DNA of 54,210 nt from Candidatus Methanoperedens sp. (lineage in GTDB: Bacteria > Patescibacteriota > Microgenomatia > UBA12405): NCBI GenBank assembly GCA_035562735.1, contig DATMWB010000014.1, forward strand, positions 1 through 54,210, written 5' to 3'. Below, piece after piece: positions 15,555 through 24,414 of the stretch; the first letter of the stretch is position 1; each line of letters opens with the position of its first letter. The notes beneath the pieces were generated by a model, which saw nothing but the letters and a program-made list of their open reading frames with translations, ran no database searches and was not told the DNA's origin. Made by a program: the position numbers and the translations under genes.

Positions 15555-16619
15555 ATGATAAAAATTGAGGATTATGATTACGAATTGCCACAAGAGTTAA
15601 TTGCTCAGGAGGCATTGGAAAAAAGAGATGAATGCCGACTTTTAATAGTAAATAGACTCACCCCCAACCCCTCCCTTAAAAGTGAGGGGAAAAATAATAT
15701 TAGTAATAATATTGGAAGTATTAGTGAAAAGAAGTTTTTTGAAATAGCGGATGAATTAGGGGAAAATGATGTATTAGTGTTGAATGAAAGCCGGGTGTTT
15801 CCAGCAAGATTAATTGGAAAAAAGGATAGTGGGGGAAGGGTAGAACTGCTATTGCTCAACAGACTAAATGAATTTGAATGGGAAGCCATATGTCGTCCTG
15901 GGTTAAAAAATGGTAAGCAATTATTTTTTGATGGTTTGAAGGCTGAAGTTATTGGAAATTTAGAAGAAACTATAAAGGTCAAATTTGATTTTAAAGGTGA
16001 TTTTTGGAAAATTTTAGAAAGCATTGGTAAAACGCCAATTCCACCATATATTCATAATGATAAAGAGAATGTGATTCGACGTGACTATCAGACGGTGTAC
16101 GCGGCGAATTATGGATCGGCAGCGGCACCCACAGCAGGATTGCATTTTACCGACGGTTTACTAAAGAAATTGCTGGAAAATGGAGTTCAAATAGAGAAAG
16201 TAAATTTAAATGTAGGACTAGGGACCTTTAAACCAATTAATGAAAAAAATTTGAAAACAGGGAAGTTGCATTTGGAATTTTTAGAAATAAAAACAGAAGT
16301 GGCCCAAAGATTAAATATGGCTAAAAAACAAGGAAAAAGAATTATTGCAGTTGGAACAACTTCAGTAAGGGTCTTGGAAGCGATGAGCGATATAAGGGGA
16401 AAATTAAAATCGGGGAGCGGAGAAACGGATATCTTCATATACCCTCCTTATAAATTTAAATTTGTAGATTCTTTAATTACTAATTTTCATTTGCCTAAGA
16501 GCAGTCTTTTAATGTTGATTGCAGCTATGATTGGGGAGGAATGGCGAGAGGTGTACAAATTTGCTATAAAAAAACGATTTAGGTTTTTCAGTTTTGGTGA
16601 TGCAACGTGGATCAGATAA
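15555..16619 (+). CDS. queA: S-adenosylmethionine:tRNA ribosyltransferase-isomerase
   Basis: DYDYELPQELIAQEALEKRDECRLL, NESRVFPARL, PIPPYI, YQTVYA, AAPTAGLHFT, AVGTTSVR, TNFHLPKSSLLML, RFFSFGDA. Confidence 0.92.
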   Translation: MIKIEDYDYELPQELIAQEALEKRDECRLLIVNRLTPNPSLKSEGKNNISNNIGSISEKKFFEIADELGENDVLVLNESRVFPARLIGKKDSGGRVELLLLNRLNEFEWEAICRPGLKNGKQLFFDGLKAEVIGNLEETIKVKFDFKGDFWKILESIGKTPIPPYIHNDKENVIRRDYQTVYAANYGSAAAPTAGLHFTDGLLKKLLENGVQIEKVNLNVGLGTFKPINEKNLKTGKLHLEFLEIKTEVAQRLNMAKKQGKRIIAVGTTSVRVLEAMSDIRGKLKSGSGETDIFIYPPYKFKFVDSLITNFHLPKSSLLMLIAAMIGEEWREVYKFAIKKRFRFFSFGDATWIR

Positions 16620-16702
16620 TGTGTTATAATTCCTAGATTAAAAATTTATATTTATTTAAATAGTTTTCCCTAAATTTTAGGGCAAAAAATAATAAGAACT
16701 AT

Positions 16703-17590
16703 ATGAAAACAAAAACAGTAAATAGGACTGGAAAGAGTCTAGTCAAAAAAGCGTTAGTAGTAGGTGCTAAAAAAGCTAAGGAAATTGATAAAAATAGTCT
16801 AAAAGAGACTAATGAAAAAGTAAGAATCGAGAAGGAAGCATTAAAAAATAAAGCTATAGAAAGTATTGAAGTTAAGAAAGAAATTGTAAAAGAGGATAAA
16901 AAATATACTCTGACTATTGATGTAAAGGACTTGTTGACAGCTGGATGTCATTTGGGTCACAAGATCTCAAAGACAAATCCAAAGATTAAAGAGTATTTAT
17001 ATGAAGCAAGAGAAGGTATTCAACTTTTTGATTTAAATAAAAGTTTTGAGGGTTTGGAAAAAGCATGTAATTTTCTTTATAATGCCAAAAGAAACGGAAA
17101 GCAAATTGTGATGCTTGGTACAAAGAGACAAGCACGTGAAGTGGTACGTCGAGTAGCACTTGATGCAGGTGTTCCATATATTACTGATCGTTGGGTTGGA
17201 GGAACAGTATCTAATTGGAGTGAAATAAAAAAGAACATAAAGAAATTGAATGATATTACTAGTGGTTTTGAAACTGGAAAATATGCTCAAACAAGTAAAA
17301 AAGACTTATCAGAATTAAATAAAGAAAAAACTCGTTTAGAGAGAATGATTGGAGGTTTAACTAAACTTGATAAATTGTTTGATATTATTTTTGTGGTAGA
17401 TTCAGGTTTTGAAAAAACAGCCATAAAGGAGGCTACTGAAAAGGGTGTTAAAGTGGTGTCAATTGTCGATACCGACAGTAATCCTGAGAAAGTAGACTAT
17501 GCCATTACCGCCAACGATGATAATGTCAAAAGCATTAGTATTATTGTTGAGGAAATTGGTAGAGCTATGAAAGCTGCAGGAGTTAAATAA
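16703..17590 (+). CDS. rpsB: 30S ribosomal protein S2 with a Lys/Glu-rich N-terminal extension of about 70 aa
   Basis: The conserved core starts at LLTAGCHLGHKISKTNPKIKEYLY..REGIQLFDLNKS. VDTDSNPEKVDYAITANDD lies near the C-terminus. Confidence 0.9.
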   Translation: MKTKTVNRTGKSLVKKALVVGAKKAKEIDKNSLKETNEKVRIEKEALKNKAIESIEVKKEIVKEDKKYTLTIDVKDLLTAGCHLGHKISKTNPKIKEYLYEAREGIQLFDLNKSFEGLEKACNFLYNAKRNGKQIVMLGTKRQAREVVRRVALDAGVPYITDRWVGGTVSNWSEIKKNIKKLNDITSGFETGKYAQTSKKDLSELNKEKTRLERMIGGLTKLDKLFDIIFVVDSGFEKTAIKEATEKGVKVVSIVDTDSNPEKVDYAITANDDNVKSISIIVEEIGRAMKAAGVK

Positions 17591-17596
17591 AGCTTT

Positions 17597-17659
17597 GTCA
17601 TCGCGAGCGAAGCGTGGCGATCTTTAAAGATTGCTTCGTCGATTACTCCTCGCAATGAC
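17597..17659. repeat. Imperfect 63-nt palindromic element between rpsB and tsf
   Basis: gtcatcgcgag..cgaagc..gatcttt|aaagatt..gcttcg..ctcgcaatgac. The arms pair with a few mismatches or wobbles. It is GC-rich relative to its surroundings and resembles the widespread palindromic repeats that translate as ..LLRR..PRNDV-type peptides. Confidence 0.6.
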
Positions 17660-17680
17660 GTTAAATATTTATATAAAAAA

Positions 17681-18139
17681 ATGGATAATAAACAAATAAT
17701 TGAATTAGTTAAAAAAATTCGAGCTGAAATGGGTCTCGGAATTATGGAAATAAAAGCAGCTTTGGAAGAGGCCGGTGGCGATGAAAAGAAAGCTAAGGAG
17801 ATATTAAAAGCAAAAGGATTTGAAAAAGCAGAAAAAAGAGCTGAAAGAGAAACTCATCAGGGACGAGTAGCTACTTATACTCATTCAACTGGAAAGATTG
17901 GTGTCATGGTAGAGATGCTTTGTGAGACGGATTTTGTGGCAAAAAATGAAGATTTTGTGGCAGTAACAAAAGATTTGTGTTTACAAGTAGCGGCTATGAA
18001 TCCAAAAGATACTGAAGAATTATTGGAACAAGAATTTATCAAAGATCCCTCGGTAAAAATGAAGGATTTGGTGACTGCTTTGAATGCAAAATTTGGTGAA
18101 AATATAAAAGTCGGTCGAATTTGTAGATTTGAAATATAA
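17681..18139 (+). CDS. tsf: Translation elongation factor Ts (short form, 152 aa)
   Basis: N-terminal UBA-like LVKKIRAEMGLGIMEIKAALEEAGGDEKKAKEILKAKG, then GRVATYTHSTGKIGVMVEMLCETDFVAKNEDF. Confidence 0.85.
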   Translation: MDNKQIIELVKKIRAEMGLGIMEIKAALEEAGGDEKKAKEILKAKGFEKAEKRAERETHQGRVATYTHSTGKIGVMVEMLCETDFVAKNEDFVAVTKDLCLQVAAMNPKDTEELLEQEFIKDPSVKMKDLVTALNAKFGENIKVGRICRFEI

Positions 18140-18163
18140 AAAAATAATTTTGAATGTTTTTTG

Positions 18164-18194
18164 GACCCTCATGAAATATGAGGGTCTTATTTTG
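18164..18194 (+). terminator. Rho-independent terminator after tsf
   Basis: 9-bp stem gaccctcat/atgagggtc with loop gaaat (18164-18186), followed by ttattttg. It overlaps the 3' end of the convergent gene. Confidence 0.75.
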
Positions 18195-19638
18195 CTGGGA
18201 TATATTGCCAAACGTTTGCCCAGTTATTTCCATCGTCGGACATAATTTGAGTAACGAAGGTAAAGTCGGGATTTTTTTGATATATCTTGTCATTAAATAT
18301 TCCGATGTGGTGAAGTATTGGGGTAAATTTGTCATGGGAGAAGGAATAATCGTTTGTTGAGTAGGCAGAAGTAATTACATAGATATTTGTATCAGTATGG
18401 TTTTTGTTGAGCAATGATTCACATATGCAGATGATATCTTCTTTGCATTTTTGGAATGGTGTTTCTGAATCGTAGGGAACATATACCTCTTTTTTGATTA
18501 CATAATAGCGAAGAATATGAGGCTCGTATATTAGTACAGTGGTTGGTTTTTGAAATTTTGTTTTGTTTAACCAATCAGCAACAAGTCGATATTCTTTCAT
18601 GTCATTTGGGTGGCTATAACTTGAAGGAACATCGATCCTAGCTATGTTATAGCCTAATAAGCAAACTAGTACAGCAAAACTAATATATTTTGATTTGTGG
18701 TTACTTAATATTAAATATAATATCCATATCATGGGAGTGTTGTAACGTATGGCAAAGTTAGGAAAGGCAAACAGAAACAGTTGGTGTAGAAAAAAGGCTA
18801 GATATATTATTTTTTGAATAGGTTTTGATTTTTGGTTTATTATTCCGTAGGTAGATAAGCAGAGAACTACAAATGAAAAAAATTGATTTTGGTTTTGGAG
18901 AGGGTAGGAGCTTTCAAATGTTATTAGATCAATAAGGGAGTAATAGTTTAATAGGTTTGGTAATTTTTTCAAACCATTAAAAATTTCTTCTATGTAAGCA
19001 TTACCAAGAATGGAGTTTCCAATTCGAGAGTGGAAGTTAAGTACAATTAACCATAAAAAAATGGGGATAAAGCTAAATAAGATATTTTTTAGTTTTAAGG
19101 AAGGTCTTTTAGAGTAATGTTCGATAATAAATACTGAGATGGGTATGACGACACTTTCATAACGAAGTAAAAATAGTAGGCCAAAGAGAAGGTAAACATA
19201 AGGTTTTTTTCTGTAATAATATAGGATGAGTGAGAGTGTCAAAAAAAATGAATATATTATTTCATTTGTTACATCCACAGAATACAAAAGATTTATTTGG
19301 TTGGTTGCGACCAATAAAACCAGTAGAAAGGAAAACAGTGGGGATATAATAGGGCTGACAAGTATATAAATTGCGACCAATGTAAGAGAAGATAGTGTAA
19401 TGTTGATAAGTTTTACTGCAGCAATTTCTGGATAGATAACAAAAGAAGATAATATTTTTGCTAGTGAAGTAATCATTATTGGAGCAAGAGGGGGTGGGTG
19501 AATGCTATCAGGGAGTTTGAAGTTTATATATCGATAACCATCACCAATGTATTGAAAGATGTCTGGATTGGGAATTGCTTGAGCGTTTCTATTGTTCCAA
19601 AGGTTCCACCAGAAAAACGCAGAGATTAGTATGGTCAC
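18187..19638 (-). CDS. Polytopic membrane protein, possible GT-C-type glycosyltransferase
   Basis: About 10-11 predicted TM helices followed by a soluble C-terminal domain of about 130 aa. I recognise no catalytic motif with certainty. Confidence 0.35.
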   Translation of the reverse strand: MTILISAFFWWNLWNNRNAQAIPNPDIFQYIGDGYRYINFKLPDSIHPPPLAPIMITSLAKILSSFVIYPEIAAVKLINITLSSLTLVAIYILVSPIISPLFSFLLVLLVATNQINLLYSVDVTNEIIYSFFLTLSLILYYYRKKPYVYLLFGLLFLLRYESVVIPISVFIIEHYSKRPSLKLKNILFSFIPIFLWLIVLNFHSRIGNSILGNAYIEEIFNGLKKLPNLLNYYSLIDLITFESSYPLQNQNQFFSFVVLCLSTYGIINQKSKPIQKIIYLAFFLHQLFLFAFPNFAIRYNTPMIWILYLILSNHKSKYISFAVLVCLLGYNIARIDVPSSYSHPNDMKEYRLVADWLNKTKFQKPTTVLIYEPHILRYYVIKKEVYVPYDSETPFQKCKEDIICICESLLNKNHTDTNIYVITSAYSTNDYSFSHDKFTPILHHIGIFNDKIYQKNPDFTFVTQIMSDDGNNWANVWQYIPAK

Positions 19639-19694
19639 TATGAAAAATAGATTTTTAAGACTTATTATTTTTATGGTTTTAGTATACTAAATTC

Positions 19695-21575
19695 ATGTGT
19701 GGAATATTTGGGATTGCTGGGTTCTCTGAAAAAGATGATAAATGGCCTGTTTTTAGGGATTTACTGTCTGAGTCTTGTCGTCGGGGGACCGATGCAGCGG
19801 GAGTGGGTGTGTTTTCTTCAAAGAATAAAACAGTTTTTAAGAGAGAAGGTAGTGGTAGGAAGATGCTTGATTTATTTGAATTTAAGCAAAAAGTAGTCTC
19901 TCAAATTGATAAGTCGAGAATATTGATTGGACAAACACGTTTGGCAACAAACGGGAGTCCAAAGATATATGAAAACAATCAACCAATAGAAGTAGAGGAT
20001 CTAACATTGGTCCACAATGGAATTATTATAAATTCCCGTGAATTATCAAAAAAATACAGGATATCAGAAAAGCAATCTGATTCTAAGATTTTGGCTGAAA
20101 TTTTGAGGATAGAATCTAAAAAAACAGGGTCGATGCGACAGGCACTAGTAAAAATTTCAGGTCAAATTGCAGGAACAATGAATGTGATTGTAGTTTCAAA
20201 GTATAGTGGAAAGTTGTCAATTAATGCGGTGACAAACAATGGTTCTTTGTACGTTGGGATTTGTGAAAATTTTTTAATTTTTGCCTCGGAAAAGTTTTTT
20301 CTTAATCGTGTGGCAATAAAACATAATTTAGAAATTAAAGTTTTGAAAATTAAGGCAAATACAGGATTCGAAATAGATGAAGGGGGAGCTAGAGAGGAAT
20401 ACATTCTTAGAAAACCGACGATTAGTCATGAATCAACCATTTTATCAAGACCAAGTCAGAATGTACTGAAACACAAATTTGATAAAAAGATAAAAGAAAC
20501 AGAACGATGTGTCAGGTGCTTATTGCCGGTTAATACTCCAAATATAAGTTTTGATGATAAGGGGATATGTAGTTTTTGTAGAAGTCATAAAAAAATAATA
20601 TATGGGCGTGATTTAGAATTAAAAGAAATGGTAGAAAAATATAAGAATAAGGATGGGGGTGCGGATTGTATTATTGCTTTTAGCGGTGGTAGGGATAGTG
20701 CTTACGGTTTACACTATTTGGTTAAAGAGTTGGGAATGCACCCCGTGGCAGTTACTTTTGATTGGGGAATGATATCAGATATCGGAAGGAGAAATCAGGC
20801 AAGATTACTAGGAAGTTTGGGAATCGAACAAATAATTGTTTCAGCAGATTTAACAAAAGTGAGAAGTGATATTAAAAAGAATCTAGAGGCATGGCTTTTG
20901 AAACCAGATTTGGGAATGGTGCCTTTGTTAATGCAGGCAGACAAGGTAACAGAATACTATGTGGACAAAATTAAAGAGGAATTAGAATTGGATCTTGTCT
21001 TCTTTTGTCGAGGTAATGAGTTAGAAAGAGAGGAATTTAAAGCGGGATATTGTGGAGTAAAGAATGCGGACCCAGGAGGAGTAATTCATAATTATTCTGT
21101 GGTCGATAAGTTGAGGTTGCTTTGGTATTATCTACGCCAATTTGCGACAAATCCACATTATCTAAATTCATCTTTGCTTAGTAGTTTGTTGGGGTATCTA
21201 GTGACCTATGTTGTACCTCATGACTATATATACCTCTGGCATTATATAAAATGGGAAGAAAATAAAATAATAAAAACTCTTGTTGATGAATACGGATGGG
21301 AAGATGATGGAGAAACTGGAATAACATGGAGGATTGATGATGGTTCACCGGCTTTTTACAATTATTTATATAGACAAATTCAAGGATTTACGGAAAATGA
21401 CTCTTTTAGAAGTAATCAAATCAGGGAAGGTTTATTGACAAGAGATGAAGCAAAAAATATAGTTGAAAGGGAAAATAAACCTAGGTATGCGGCTTTACAA
21501 TGGTATTTTGAGACAATAGGGGTAGACGGTGATAGAGTATTGTCGATAATTGATAGGGTAGAGAAGAAATATTAA
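19695..21575 (+). CDS. Fusion of a class-II (Ntn) glutamine amidotransferase domain and an N-acetyl-sugar amidotransferase (PP-loop ATPase)
   Basis: N-terminus MCGIFGIAG (catalytic Cys2), RLATNG, VHNGII. The C-terminal half has CVRCLLPVNTPNISFDDKGICSFCRSH (Zn ribbon) and the PP-loop CIIAFSGGRDSAY, typical of WbpG/PseA-like amidotransferases. Confidence 0.75.
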   Translation: MCGIFGIAGFSEKDDKWPVFRDLLSESCRRGTDAAGVGVFSSKNKTVFKREGSGRKMLDLFEFKQKVVSQIDKSRILIGQTRLATNGSPKIYENNQPIEVEDLTLVHNGIIINSRELSKKYRISEKQSDSKILAEILRIESKKTGSMRQALVKISGQIAGTMNVIVVSKYSGKLSINAVTNNGSLYVGICENFLIFASEKFFLNRVAIKHNLEIKVLKIKANTGFEIDEGGAREEYILRKPTISHESTILSRPSQNVLKHKFDKKIKETERCVRCLLPVNTPNISFDDKGICSFCRSHKKIIYGRDLELKEMVEKYKNKDGGADCIIAFSGGRDSAYGLHYLVKELGMHPVAVTFDWGMISDIGRRNQARLLGSLGIEQIIVSADLTKVRSDIKKNLEAWLLKPDLGMVPLLMQADKVTEYYVDKIKEELELDLVFFCRGNELEREEFKAGYCGVKNADPGGVIHNYSVVDKLRLLWYYLRQFATNPHYLNSSLLSSLLGYLVTYVVPHDYIYLWHYIKWEENKIIKTLVDEYGWEDDGETGITWRIDDGSPAFYNYLYRQIQGFTENDSFRSNQIREGLLTRDEAKNIVERENKPRYAALQWYFETIGVDGDRVLSIIDRVEKKY

Positions 21576-21592
21576 TCTGATAAAATAATGTA

Positions 21593-22144
21593 ATGATAAA
21601 TTTTACCGATGTGAATGTCCGAATGGGGAAAATTACTGATATTTTTATAAATGATATTGCATCGATACGAACTGGTAGAGCAACACCGGGATTGATTGAA
21701 AATGTAATGGTTGAAGTTTACAATGGACAAAAAATGCGTTTGCAGGAATTGGGCTCTATAAGTATTCCTGATGTTCGGAGTATTGTCTTTGAACCTTGGG
21801 ATCAGGCAATTATTAGGGAAATAAACAATGGTATTCAGGCGGCAAATATTGGAATGATGCCTTCTGTTGATGGGAACCTTATAAGGTTGAGTTTGCCTAT
21901 GCTGACAGTCGAGCAAAGAGAAGATTATGTAAAGCTTTTGGGAAGAAAGTTAGAAGGTGCCAGAGGTATGATTCGAGACGCCAGAGCTGATTTTAGAAAA
22001 AAATTGATGGATGCAAAGAATGATAAAACGGTGTCTGAAGATGAATTTAAAAGAGATGAAGTAGAATTGCAAAAACTAACAGACCAATTTATGGGAAAGC
22101 TAGAAGAATTATCAAAGAGAAAAGAAGTGGAGATTAGGGCATAA
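21593..22144 (+). CDS. frr: Ribosome recycling factor
   Basis: IASIRTGRATPGLIENVMVEVYNGQKMRLQELGSISIPDVRSIVFEPWD; LTVEQREDYVKL. Confidence 0.92.
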   Translation: MINFTDVNVRMGKITDIFINDIASIRTGRATPGLIENVMVEVYNGQKMRLQELGSISIPDVRSIVFEPWDQAIIREINNGIQAANIGMMPSVDGNLIRLSLPMLTVEQREDYVKLLGRKLEGARGMIRDARADFRKKLMDAKNDKTVSEDEFKRDEVELQKLTDQFMGKLEELSKRKEVEIRA

Positions 22145-22146
22145 AC

Positions 22147-23220
22147 ATGGATATTCTTATATTCGTCGTAGCATTGTCGATTTTGGTACTGGTCCATGAA
22201 TTTGGGCATTTTTTTGCAGCGAAATTTACAGGAGTTAGAGTAGAGGAGTTTGGGTTGGGATTGCCACCACGGATTCTTGGAAAAAAATGGTGGGGTACAG
22301 TGTGGAGCTTGAATTGGTTACCTATTGGTGGTTTTTGTAAATTGTATGGTGAGGACCCGTTGATAGCTTCTGAAAAAGCTACCAGTAGTAAGGATTCATT
22401 TTTAGCAAAAAATCCATGGCAAAAGGCAATAATTGTTTTGGGTGGAGTATCAATGAATTTATTGTTGGCTGTAACGATATTTGCGATGGTGTATACGATA
22501 TTGGGAGTACCAGTTGAAACAGATAGGGTTAGTATAATTGGAGTAGCTGAAAAGAGTCCAGCACAAGAAGCGGGTTTAAAAACAGGTGATGTTGTTGTTG
22601 AAGTTGAAGGTAGAAATATTAAGAAAGGGAGTGAATTGACGGAAGAAATTGCCAGGTACAAAGGCAGGGAAGTAAATTTGTTGGTGATAAGAAAGGGACA
22701 AGGAGAACCATTAAAGCTATCGGTTTTGGTTAGAGAAAAGGCACCTGAGGGTCAAGGTTTGATGGGGGTGGTAATAAGTAACACCGAAATGCAAAAAATT
22801 AAATGGTATGAATTTTATAAAGGAATAGGGGCAGGTTTTAAAGAAGCTTATTATTGGGGGAAAATTATTAGTAGTGGTTTATATCAGATGGTGGCAGGTC
22901 TGTTTACAGGTAAGGTCCCAAGTGATGTTGCTGGACCAATTGGGATGTATAAAGCTACTTCGAGTATACGTAATGATCAAGGATTTTTGGCTATGGTTCA
23001 TTTTTTTGGAGTAGTTTCAGTAAATTTGGCAGTGGTAAATGTTTTACCTTTTCCAGCTTTAGATGGAGGGAGGATATTGTTTGTAATTTATGAATTAATT
23101 ACTAAAAAACGTGCCAATGAAAAGTTTGAGACTGTTGTGAATAATATTGGAATGATGATTCTATTGGGACTGATATTGCTAGTAACAATAGGGGATATCA
23201 TGAGACTATTTTTGCGATGA
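22147..23220 (+). CDS. rseP: RIP metalloprotease (site-2 protease, M50) with a PDZ domain
   Basis: HEFGHFFAAK zinc motif, PDZ segment SPAQEAGLKTGDVVVEVEG, C-terminal NLLPFPALDGG. Confidence 0.85.
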   Translation: MDILIFVVALSILVLVHEFGHFFAAKFTGVRVEEFGLGLPPRILGKKWWGTVWSLNWLPIGGFCKLYGEDPLIASEKATSSKDSFLAKNPWQKAIIVLGGVSMNLLLAVTIFAMVYTILGVPVETDRVSIIGVAEKSPAQEAGLKTGDVVVEVEGRNIKKGSELTEEIARYKGREVNLLVIRKGQGEPLKLSVLVREKAPEGQGLMGVVISNTEMQKIKWYEFYKGIGAGFKEAYYWGKIISSGLYQMVAGLFTGKVPSDVAGPIGMYKATSSIRNDQGFLAMVHFFGVVSVNLAVVNVLPFPALDGGRILFVIYELITKKRANEKFETVVNNIGMMILLGLILLVTIGDIMRLFLR

Positions 23221-24353
23221 AAAAGATAATCAAAAAAATGAGTGTTTTATTTTTGTCAATTTTTTGTGTTTTTGTTTCATTGTTAGTTGTTGAGGTAGTG
23301 CTTAGAATTTGGGGACCACCACAAATACGGTTAGTAGGAACAAAGTTGTTGTTGAAAAAAAACATTACGACAAAGAATTCGTGCTATTTTGATTCAGATA
23401 AAATAAAAAAGAACATCGTCGTGACAAAAAATTCTTTGGGTTTTCGCGGTCCAGAACCGCCGGAAAATTTTTATAAACATTTGTCTTTGGTAGCTGTTGG
23501 TGGTAGTACAACTGAGTGTATTTTTATTACAGAGGGGAAAACTTGGACTGATTACTTACAGTCAAATTTATTGACATATTTTCCCGATATATGGATTAAC
23601 AATGCCGGTATTGATGGTCATTCAACCTATGGACATATTGAATTAATGAGACAATATGTTGGTAAATTAAGGCCAGACTATGTGTTGTTTTTGGTGGGAA
23701 TAAACGATATGGCTGTCGAAGGAGAGAGTATACAGGACAAACAACAGATTTCTGAAGAAAATGTAATTGGAAAAAGTATTATTCAAAAAATTAGGGACAA
23801 TAGTATGATTTTAGCATTCTATAAGTTTCAAAAAGATAAAAAAATAGGACATGATATGTTTACGATGAAAACAACGATAAAGGAATACAATAGTATTGTA
23901 AATTATAAAGTACTTGGAGCATCAACTGATTATGACGCAGTTACTTCACAAGATCTAGAGAGGATTAATAATAATTTGATGGCATACCGGAATAGGCTAG
24001 AGAGATTGGTGCTTTTAACAAAAAGTTATTCAATTCATCCAATATTAGTCACGCAACCTGCTGTCTATGGATTTGGAGTTGATGATGTTACGGGAATTGA
24101 TTTGGGGAATATTCCTATCGTAGAGTTTACCGAGCCTGGTGTGACAAGAAGCGGAAAAGACAAATGGATGATATTGCAAAAATATAATGAGGTGACTAGG
24201 GAAGTGTCTAGTGAGTTTGGTATACCACTGATTGATTTAGCAATGGAGATGCCAAAAAGTACAAAATATTTTTATGATTATATTCACTTTACGGAGGAAG
24301 GTGCTCAAAAAGTGGGGGAAATTGTAACGAAAAATTTGATTAAAATTTTGTAG
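23217..24353 (+). CDS. SGNH/GDSL-family hydrolase with an N-terminal TM anchor
   Basis: Block I VAVGGSTTEC, block III LVGINDM, block V DYIHFTEEG. Confidence 0.65.
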   Translation: MKKIIKKMSVLFLSIFCVFVSLLVVEVVLRIWGPPQIRLVGTKLLLKKNITTKNSCYFDSDKIKKNIVVTKNSLGFRGPEPPENFYKHLSLVAVGGSTTECIFITEGKTWTDYLQSNLLTYFPDIWINNAGIDGHSTYGHIELMRQYVGKLRPDYVLFLVGINDMAVEGESIQDKQQISEENVIGKSIIQKIRDNSMILAFYKFQKDKKIGHDMFTMKTTIKEYNSIVNYKVLGASTDYDAVTSQDLERINNNLMAYRNRLERLVLLTKSYSIHPILVTQPAVYGFGVDDVTGIDLGNIPIVEFTEPGVTRSGKDKWMILQKYNEVTREVSSEFGIPLIDLAMEMPKSTKYFYDYIHFTEEGAQKVGEIVTKNLIKIL

Positions 24354-24414
24354 ATCCTTTTTTGTCAATATTACTATTGGTGACAATAGGGGATGTGATG
24401 AATATAATAAGGAA

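Noticed and set aside
16664-16690. Hairpin ccctaaaTtttaggg upstream of rpsB as a terminator for queA
   Set aside because: It is followed by an A-run, not a T-run, on the + strand, and no minus-strand gene needs terminating there. It may be part of an rpsB leader, but I cannot support a specific call.
17850-17880. A second CTGATGA on the minus strand inside tsf as another hammerhead
   Set aside because: No GAAA box with flanking complementary stems could be drawn around it, so it looks like a chance heptamer.
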